From Candidatus Harrisonbacteria bacterium (GTDB taxonomy: Bacteria; Patescibacteriota; Minisyncoccia; UBA6257; 1-14-0-10-44-23): 64,000 nucleotides of DNA. Both the position numbers and the translations under genes were made by a program. A model generated the notes under the pieces. The model saw only the letters and a list, made by a program, of their open reading frames with translations. It made no database searches and was not told where the DNA came from. The stretch is from assembly GCA_023255625.1 (NCBI GenBank), contig JAHFLF010000001.1:290965-354964 (forward strand). Direction: 5' to 3'. Positions within the stretch are counted from its first letter, which is position 1, and each line of letters begins with the position of its first letter. Shown piece after piece: positions 57,635-64,000 of the stretch.

Positions 57635-58291
57635 TTATGCCTTAAATTGCTCCTTAATCTTCGCTATCTCGCCGCTCTTAATAAACTCAAGTTCATCTTC
57701 GCTGTCGGTGCGCGCCTCAAGACCGTGTGCGGTTGAGTCATGATACTTTGCCTTTGCCCCGCCGTGCATCTGCGCCTCAACCATATCCATGCCGTTACTC
57801 ATCGTGTGGAATACAAGCTGGCAGGCGCGCTCACCCGGATACAAACGCAACGGGGCGGGCGTGGCATTCATAATCGGAATTGTCAGATGGCCATGGTAGC
57901 CGATATCAACAAGTCCGCTTTCAATAATAAAGCCGCGGCGGATCATGGAGCTACGCGGGTACAGAAGGGCAATCAAGTTGTCGGCTTTAAAACTAACCTT
58001 CTCTAGTGTTGAAGCGATAACAAATTCGTTCGGCAAGAATTCAAAATACTGGCCCGGCTTTAACTTTACTAATTTAAAATGATTTTGATTGGCCCGCTTT
58101 TCTAAATAATCCGGTCGCATCACCACGCGGCCGGCGTCAGTCATCTGCCACTGTTCAGGGATATAAAAAGTCCAGCCAATTCTTAAATCCAGCGAATTCG
58201 GCTGCACCTGAAATTTGTCTGCGCCCGGCTCAAGCACTAATTTGCCGGAGGCGATATGCTCTAAAATATCTTTTTTATTCAAAATTGCCAT
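57635..58291 (-). CDS. dcd: dCTP deaminase family protein
   Basis: ILNKKDILEHIASGKL...PNSLDLRIG matches the Dcd N-terminus. Confidence 0.6.
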   Translation of the reverse strand: MAILNKKDILEHIASGKLVLEPGADKFQVQPNSLDLRIGWTFYIPEQWQMTDAGRVVMRPDYLEKRANQNHFKLVKLKPGQYFEFLPNEFVIASTLEKVSFKADNLIALLYPRSSMIRRGFIIESGLVDIGYHGHLTIPIMNATPAPLRLYPGERACQLVFHTMSNGMDMVEAQMHGGAKAKYHDSTAHGLEARTDSEDELEFIKSGEIAKIKEQFKA

Positions 58292-58352
58292 GAGAGTAAA
58301 TAGTCTTTAACAAAAAAAGAATACCATGCAACGCTTACTCCTTACAAATCCC

Positions 58353-58991
58353 TCAGCGAAGATGTAATTCTGTTTTGCGTGGGTGGCCCCGCTGGTCTGT
58401 AAAAGTAAAAAATCCGCAGTACACCGCGGTGAAATTAAGAACGGCGTGCGCGATAGAAGAAGCTATCAAATTCGGATACAAGGTATATAAAATCGCAAAA
58501 AATAATCCGGCAACTAATCCCAGAAAGAAACTAAAAAGCGGACGCGGATAAATAGTATGCACATATCCGAAGATAAGCGCAGTGACTAAAATCGCTGCGG
58601 TTGCGGGGATAACGGCCTGCAATCGAGAGAGGATAAAGCCCTGAAACAAAAACTGCTGGGCAATACTAATCGGAATGAACAGAAAGAGAAAATGGGGGTC
58701 CTGATGCCAACTGGTTGCGAATGTATTTTTCATTTTTCGCCCCAAAAATCTTAAAAATAAAATCGCCGCGAGGGCCGCAACGACGTACACTGCCATGGCC
58801 GAATAAAAAGTATCTAGGCGCATACCAAGCTGATTAAACGAAAGGCCGTGTACAAACACCAATGCAACGACGCCCAAGAAAACAAAAGCCAATAGAACGA
58901 GCCGAAACTTACGCGGCAAGATTTTAAAGCGGATTAAAGAAATCGGCAAAATCGAGATTAAAAAAATCTCTAACAGAATCTGAAACAGCAT
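58353..58991 (-). CDS. CPBP-family (CAAX-protease-like) intramembrane metalloprotease
   Basis: Multi-TM with FGYVHTIY and HAVLN motifs (FxxxH, HxxxN). Confidence 0.45.
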   Translation of the reverse strand: MLFQILLEIFLISILPISLIRFKILPRKFRLVLLAFVFLGVVALVFVHGLSFNQLGMRLDTFYSAMAVYVVAALAAILFLRFLGRKMKNTFATSWHQDPHFLFLFIPISIAQQFLFQGFILSRLQAVIPATAAILVTALIFGYVHTIYPRPLFSFFLGLVAGLFFAILYTLYPNLIASSIAHAVLNFTAVYCGFFTFTDQRGHPRKTELHLR

Positions 58992-59006
58992 CTTGTAAGT
59001 ATACTC

Positions 59007-59837
59007 CTACAAAACAATTTTCATTCCTTTTATCGGCCCCAGCGGATTATACTGCTCCGTCAGCTTATTCGTTATCTCGTCCACCAGTTGTTCATCTCCT
59101 TTTTCGGCGCGGTCAAAATAATTTGGCTGTGCATCAAACAACACCTCGCGGTGAGTATTGGTACGGCCGGCAATCTCCCATGCCTGATCGTAATGAATGT
59201 CGTAAATGTGCGCGTTTGAAATCGTGTGCGTGAGCGTACCGGCCTGCAAACCAAGTTTTGCCGCCAAAATATGCTGGAGCAGCGCAAAGCCGGCAACATC
59301 GTGCGGGCAGCCAAGCATCATGTCGTTAGAGCGCACCACATTGTGCAAATGCAGCTTGTTGCCGAATACATTGACGGTAAACACAAACGGGCAGGGGACA
59401 TTCTTTTTCGGTGTGCCAATACCAAGACCGTCGTCAGCCGCGTCCCAGGTCATGACCACGCCGTGCCGACTGCCCGGCTCCTTCTCAAGTAGTTTCAAAA
59501 GTGCGCCAAGCTGGTCGCGACCAAAGTGTTTGCGCCAGCGATATCCGTAGGCCGCCGGGATTGTCCCGTCCGGCTCCATAAAGTCCTTCCAGATTGGCGT
59601 GAACTTGTTTACAAAGTCATCGGGCTTGTTGCTGCCCATCACAAACCAAATCTGTTCAGCGACAAAAAGTTTGATTGGAATTTTACGCAATGTCAGCAAA
59701 GGGAATCCGGCGTCCAAATGAAAAGTAACGCCCGGCAAAATCTTTGTCCTGTGCCCGGTGCGCTCGTTAAGCTCCTCGTAACCGCGATTCATGATGTCTA
59801 GAATCGCGTTTTGGTATTGCTGGTCGAATTGAGTCAT
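59007..59837 (-). CDS. thyA: thymidylate synthase (ThyA family)
   Basis: PCPFVF, VRSNDMMLGCPHDVAGFALL and WRKHFG motifs of the ThyA fold. ATG at 59837 after the ATTAGCGATTACTC motif. Confidence 0.7.
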   Translation of the reverse strand: MTQFDQQYQNAILDIMNRGYEELNERTGHRTKILPGVTFHLDAGFPLLTLRKIPIKLFVAEQIWFVMGSNKPDDFVNKFTPIWKDFMEPDGTIPAAYGYRWRKHFGRDQLGALLKLLEKEPGSRHGVVMTWDAADDGLGIGTPKKNVPCPFVFTVNVFGNKLHLHNVVRSNDMMLGCPHDVAGFALLQHILAAKLGLQAGTLTHTISNAHIYDIHYDQAWEIAGRTNTHREVLFDAQPNYFDRAEKGDEQLVDEITNKLTEQYNPLGPIKGMKIVL

Positions 59838-59853
59838 TGGAGTAATCGCTAAT
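59838..59853 (-). promoter_or_regulatory. ATTAGCGATTACTC motif upstream of thyA
   Basis: Third copy of the 14-mer abutting a start codon. Confidence 0.45.
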
Positions 59854-59935
59854 ATCGCGAATTGTAGCAAAATATCGCAAATTAAGAAAACATAGTATCA
59901 TTAGCGATATTCCTGGCCCTTAATTAGCGTTATTA

Positions 59936-60421
59936 GTGAATACTCTCATGATTGCAATCATCGCCGCAGTGGCAAAAAATAATGTAATAGGTATTAAGAA
60001 CCGGCTTCCGTGGAACTTACCGGAGGATCTCAAACGATTCAAAGAACTTACGGCCGGAAAAACAGTGATGATGGGCAGCAAAACCTTTGAATCTATTGTT
60101 TCTATGCTTGGCAAACCGCTCCCAAACCGTACCAATGTCGTTCTCGCGCGCGAGGCCAACTATAAAGTTCCGGAGGGTGTGATCTTGCAAACCAGCATTC
60201 CCGATGCACTCAGAAATTACGGCAGCTCAGACATTTTCGTTATCGGCGGCGGCGAAATTTACCGCCAAACAATTGATTTAGCCGACACGCTCTACATCAC
60301 GCATATCGATAAAGAGGTAGAGGGCGACACGCACTTTCCAATAATTGACCCAAAAAAGTGGCATCAAGTTAGTAATGACCCGCACGACGGCTACAGCTTC
60401 GCGGTCTACAAACGGATCTGA
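59936..60421 (+). CDS. folA: dihydrofolate reductase
   Basis: MIAIIAAVAKNNVIGIKNRLPW...GKTVMMGSKTFESI is the classic DHFR N-terminus. Confidence 0.8.
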   Translation: MNTLMIAIIAAVAKNNVIGIKNRLPWNLPEDLKRFKELTAGKTVMMGSKTFESIVSMLGKPLPNRTNVVLAREANYKVPEGVILQTSIPDALRNYGSSDIFVIGGGEIYRQTIDLADTLYITHIDKEVEGDTHFPIIDPKKWHQVSNDPHDGYSFAVYKRI

Positions 60422-60503
60422 CCATCCCGCGCCCGATTCTTCCATCAGTATACTAAACTGACGGCCGTCAGTTTAGTATACTGAACGCAAAACGCAAGAA
60501 AAA

Positions 60504-61112
60504 TTATGCGAGGTGTTCGAGTGTTCCGGTTCCGCCAACCTCAACAATCTCAACAAAATCTGCCAGCTTGCGCATAGCCAAATCTTCAATGAGTTTCCGG
60601 GGAATGGCAACCTTGCCAACCCACACGCTCTGCTGTAACTGCTCAAGACCAATCCGTTTTAAAACTGCCCGCAACCATGCTCTATCATTTCTGCTTTTTT
60701 CGGGAATATCATACACGACGATAACGACTTTCTTGCCGGGCGACAACTCGTAGCCAAAACCAGGCAGATTATGCTTCCGCTCGTACTTAAGACGGCGCAG
60801 TTTTTCACGACCTACCTTTGTTAAACGTAATCTTACTTTACCCTTGATAGTTTCTTTAGAAAGCATTCCTTGTTTAGATAGGTAGCGGACCATCATAGAA
60901 TACCGATGATACTGCTGTCGAGGCGCCGCTTCAAAATGTACCGTATTGCGACCAAATGCCCGCTCAATCTCTCCGGCAGACGCTCCATAACCGGCCTCCA
61001 AAATCGCGCCCACCATCGCCGGTACTGTCATTGCCGCATCTTCAAGGGTATTTAAAATACGAAAAATAACATCGCCGCTACCGCGCCTTTTGTTGTTAGT
61101 TCTTTTGTTCAT
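60504..61112 (-). CDS. PaaX-like winged-helix regulator
   Basis: N-terminal wHTH. The C-terminal VVIVVYDIPEKSRNDRAWLRAVLKRIGLEQLQQSVWV resembles the PaaX middle domain. Confidence 0.4.
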   Translation of the reverse strand: MNKRTNNKRRGSGDVIFRILNTLEDAAMTVPAMVGAILEAGYGASAGEIERAFGRNTVHFEAAPRQQYHRYSMMVRYLSKQGMLSKETIKGKVRLRLTKVGREKLRRLKYERKHNLPGFGYELSPGKKVVIVVYDIPEKSRNDRAWLRAVLKRIGLEQLQQSVWVGKVAIPRKLIEDLAMRKLADFVEIVEVGGTGTLEHLA

Positions 61113-61189
61113 ACAACAGATAAAGTATACTAAAATGACGGCCGTCAGTTTAGTATATCATAGATATGGCGAGATAGGATGGTTGGTAA

Positions 61190-61996
61190 TCAAAGTTGGG
61201 ATTTGAGTTCGCGGTCTGGCGTTGAGATCTGCCAGAGGGCTTCAAAATAGTTGCGGTGGGCGGCGGCGATGTCGACACTTTCGATGATCAGACCGAACAT
61301 TTCGGCCTTGGAGGAGAGAATCATCACCTTGTTACCATAAACAAATGTAGTGGTGGCAAAATCCATGCCGTCCGGAGAAATGCGCATGTCACGCAGGTTG
61401 CCGGCGCTGCTCGGATAGGTACCGGGTGAGCGACTGACGCTCGGATGAATCACGCGCAGGTGGATTCCTTTTTTGACGCGCTTCTCAACCGCGCGATCAA
61501 CGTAATCCCGACCGAGCACCTCCCACGTTGCTTTGGCGGAAAAAATCCCAAACAACTGTTTGTCCGGCGTGGTGAGCGAATCCTCATACGCTGTTTTATA
61601 ACCCTCAATGCCTGGGTAAAATAAAATCTTTGGTTTAAATTCAGTTCGTCCGTTAAATACTTCCAGTTGCGGGATTAATTCGTCTAATTCAATTTCTTGC
61701 TCACGCAATAATTTTTTAAGCATTTTTGGCGGCTGCGCCACGTAGATGTGCCGTTTGCCATCCATAGAAATACTCACTAAACCTTTGGCGATAAGCGCGT
61801 GAATCGCGTCATAGGCATTTGTCCGACCCAACTTTGCCTGAGCGGCAACTTTTTGCAGGGGAGCAGGACCGGTTTTCAAAGCAGCAATATACAGCCGTGA
61901 CTGCTTGTGGGTCAGACCGTACTTTTGCAGTGACTCCTCGAAGTCGCCTGATTTGTATACTTTTTTCATACAATCTAATATACCATATTTGAACAT
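61190..61996 (-). CDS. TrmB-family transcriptional regulator (paralog 5)
   Basis: wHTH (QSRLYIAALKTGPAPLQKVAAQAKLGRTNAYDAIHAL) and TrmB C-domain. Confidence 0.6.
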   Translation of the reverse strand: MFKYGILDCMKKVYKSGDFEESLQKYGLTHKQSRLYIAALKTGPAPLQKVAAQAKLGRTNAYDAIHALIAKGLVSISMDGKRHIYVAQPPKMLKKLLREQEIELDELIPQLEVFNGRTEFKPKILFYPGIEGYKTAYEDSLTTPDKQLFGIFSAKATWEVLGRDYVDRAVEKRVKKGIHLRVIHPSVSRSPGTYPSSAGNLRDMRISPDGMDFATTTFVYGNKVMILSSKAEMFGLIIESVDIAAAHRNYFEALWQISTPDRELKSQL

Positions 61997-62112
61997 AAAA
62001 TTACAAGATTTGTACTAAAATATACAACTTTTTCAGTCTTTTTTTGACATATCTTGCCAAGTTAGTAAAGTTGTGTTGTTCTCGCAATTTCGCGGAACGA
62101 ACGGGGGGCGTC

Positions 62113-62796
62113 ATGGGAAATGCGTTCTTTGAAGAGTATCGTGCCTTTGAGAACGAGCTGGTTGAGCGTTTCAACCTGCATCCGTTCTTCGTCTCGTTCG
62201 GCTCGCTCCCGAACGAGGCGGTCATGGCGGCCCTTCTCCAGCTTGGTTTCATCTCGCTGGAGTTCGTCCGCTGGTACGAGCGGGCGAAACTCGGAATGAC
62301 CTCCGAGGAGGCAAAGGAGCTCATCCGCTGCATCCTGCGCGACGAGATCCCGAGTCGACTGCCGACGCACCAGGACGATCGGCTCGCTGACCTCTTGGCC
62401 ATGGGAGCGGCCAAGGAGCGAGTGCTGAACGAACCGGCGAGTGAGCGGACAGTGCAAACTGTTCGGACGCTCTACGAGCTCGTTCGCTATCCGCAGGAGT
62501 CATATGACCTGCGGGTGCTGGTATATCTCCGTATCTTCGGAGAGATACTGGTTGCGGAAACCTATGGACATGTAGTGCGGTCCATGGGGGAACGTTTCGG
62601 ATTGCAACCGGAGTGTTCGCGGTTCTACGAGCCGCACTACCGGCACGACGACAAAGACGAGGGAGGCCACAGCGTGAAGTTCGAAAGGGAGCTCGAAAAG
62701 CTCATCACGGACGAACACATGTTGGCGCTTGCCAAGTCCGCATCGGAGGCCGCCTTTACGGATCGCTACAAATTCTACGACCAGTTCGTGGAATAG
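62113..62796 (+). CDS. hypothetical protein (227 aa) in GC-rich island
   Basis: ATG at 62113 after GGGGGGCGTC. Followed by GC hairpin 62885-62925. Confidence 0.45.
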   Translation: MGNAFFEEYRAFENELVERFNLHPFFVSFGSLPNEAVMAALLQLGFISLEFVRWYERAKLGMTSEEAKELIRCILRDEIPSRLPTHQDDRLADLLAMGAAKERVLNEPASERTVQTVRTLYELVRYPQESYDLRVLVYLRIFGEILVAETYGHVVRSMGERFGLQPECSRFYEPHYRHDDKDEGGHSVKFERELEKLITDEHMLALAKSASEAAFTDRYKFYDQFVE

Positions 62797-62977
62797 CTAC
62801 ATCACCTGAAGCGTGTCACATACGCTGCGGCTAGAGCCGCGAAAGTTGTGAGCGTCACCTGGCAGTGGTGAGCCCTCGGGAAGCAGAGCCCGAAACGCAC
62901 GCGCCCCGGGCAGGAATGTCCGGGGCGCAGTGATTTTTACAACTTATTAAGTTAACTCTAGAATCCTATCTACGATA

Positions 62978-63400
62978 TCAAATTCCTGATTCTAAATTTT
63001 TTACGTCTCTCTCGACTTCTTCGCGAATCTTTTTTGCCAACTGAGCAGAAATCTCAGCTATTTTCCCATTTGCAACTTGCCGAACAGCCTGTGCTAGTTG
63101 AGCAAAATCATCAACGGTGTAGCCAGGATAATACCCTTGAACGGTTGGGTCCATATCCTTGGCGCCCTCGAAATCCTTGATAAGACCTGTCATTGCACTT
63201 TTGAACCTGTTGAGGTTGCCGCTATATCTCTGTCCCTCTTTTTGAAGATCCTCCGTCATAGCTGCTTCAAGATAATGAGCGTTGCCCTGCAGTATCTTGT
63301 CAGCTTGTTTATGTATATCTATTGGCGTAATAACTTGTTCCTGAGCGCCCCCCCCAGCAGGTGCTTGCTTCACTTTGAATGCGTCATCTTCAATGCCCAT
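62978..63400 (-). CDS. hypothetical protein (140 aa)
   Basis: ORF only. Confidence 0.4.
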   Translation of the reverse strand: MGIEDDAFKVKQAPAGGGAQEQVITPIDIHKQADKILQGNAHYLEAAMTEDLQKEGQRYSGNLNRFKSAMTGLIKDFEGAKDMDPTVQGYYPGYTVDDFAQLAQAVRQVANGKIAEISAQLAKKIREEVERDVKNLESGI

Positions 63401-63414
63401 ATTTTAATGAATTA

Positions 63415-64000
63415 TTAATTAATCTTATTAAACAACTTTAAACGGGCCAGTGCAACTGCTTTGACGTCAACGAAGGCGGGTTTAAGCAGATTATATGGTG
63501 CGACTTCGCTTGGCAGATCATGCAATCCTTTTTCGATACCGGTGCGCAAGGCTCGCCGCAATTCGGTTGAAATGTGAATAATGCTGACGCCGACATCAAT
63601 CGCTTTTAAAAATTCTTCGTCTGGGGTGCCGCTGCCGCCATGCAATACCAGCGGCACTTTGGCGGCGCGCCGAATTTCCTTGATACGCTTAATGAAAAGA
63701 TGTTTCGTGAAGGTTCCCGAATCTTTGAACATCCCGTGCACATTGCCGACGGCGGGCGCAAGCATATCAACCCCCGTAAGCTCCACGAACTGAGCGGCCT
63801 GCTCGGGCTTCGTAATAGTATCCTCAGTAATCTCCACGCCATCCGGCAGCTTATCGTGCACCTGCGAACCGGCCCCGATAAAGCCAATCTCGCCCTCTAT
63901 TAATACCTTCTTGTTTTTGCTGGCGCGGGCATACTGGACAATTTCTCGAACCATCGCAACATTGTCCGCAAAAGGCTTATCTGCCTCATCAATAATCACT
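63415..64000 (-). CDS. fba: class II fructose-bisphosphate aldolase, C-terminal part only; the gene continues beyond the window
   Basis: The LVLHGGSGTPDEEFLKAIDVGVSIIHISTELR and MLAPAVGNVHGMFK motifs are typical of class II FBA. Confidence 0.75.
   Translation of the reverse strand, partial: VIIDEADKPFADNVAMVREIVQYARASKNKKVLIEGEIGFIGAGSQVHDKLPDGVEITEDTITKPEQAAQFVELTGVDMLAPAVGNVHGMFKDSGTFTKHLFIKRIKEIRRAAKVPLVLHGGSGTPDEEFLKAIDVGVSIIHISTELRRALRTGIEKGLHDLPSEVAPYNLLKPAFVDVKAVALARLKLFNKIN

Overview
The window reads as a mosaic. The backbone is AT-rich and dense with small housekeeping genes: FtsH, RecA, class II ribonucleotide reductase NrdJ, ThyA/DHFR, dCTP and dCMP deaminases, ribosomal proteins L25 and L31, an ECF sigma factor, ZIP, DedA and ABC-F. 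It carries five TrmB-family regulator paralogs, six tRNAs (one is tRNA-Phe split by a group I intron) and an unlinked 16S rRNA gene on the minus strand with large expansion segments. From gene content this looks like a reduced Patescibacteria/CPR-type genome; that is an inference, not a database result. At least nine visibly GC-rich blocks are spliced into this backbone (about 1-2400, 4540-7670, 9450-11330, 17130-17700, 21480-21780, 30190-30520, 36300-40430, 47135-49680 and 62040-62930). Their ORFs carry strong GGAGG-type Shine-Dalgarno sites and GC-rich hairpin terminators. Their borders coincide with tRNA genes, perfect palindromes, or copies of a REP/MITE-like repeat family (TTCTCCCTTT-NNNN-AAAGGGAG, a variable GC hairpin, then GGGAGGGATTT). 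That repeat also sits in frame inside a NUDIX gene. A second hairpin-repeat family (GGGCGAGAT-stem-TCGGCTTC-stem) sits in frame inside the ABC-F gene. Other items that I could not explain fully: a TrpR/YerC-like repressor bracketed by four trp-operator-like GTACTAGTAC palindromes, one a 34-bp perfect palindrome; a LAGLIDADG endonuclease ORF enclosed by a 28-bp inverted repeat, with a perfect DnaA box and a YraN nuclease nearby; two GIY-YIG nucleases bracketed by repeats; a 3' tRNA fragment with encoded CCA but no 5' half; two copies of a roughly 210-nt noncoding element with compensatory hairpin changes; a 16S 3' end lacking the anti-SD; and a conserved ATTAGCGATTACTC motif abutting three start codons. 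No CRISPR array was seen. All functional calls are by eye from motifs. No homology search was run.
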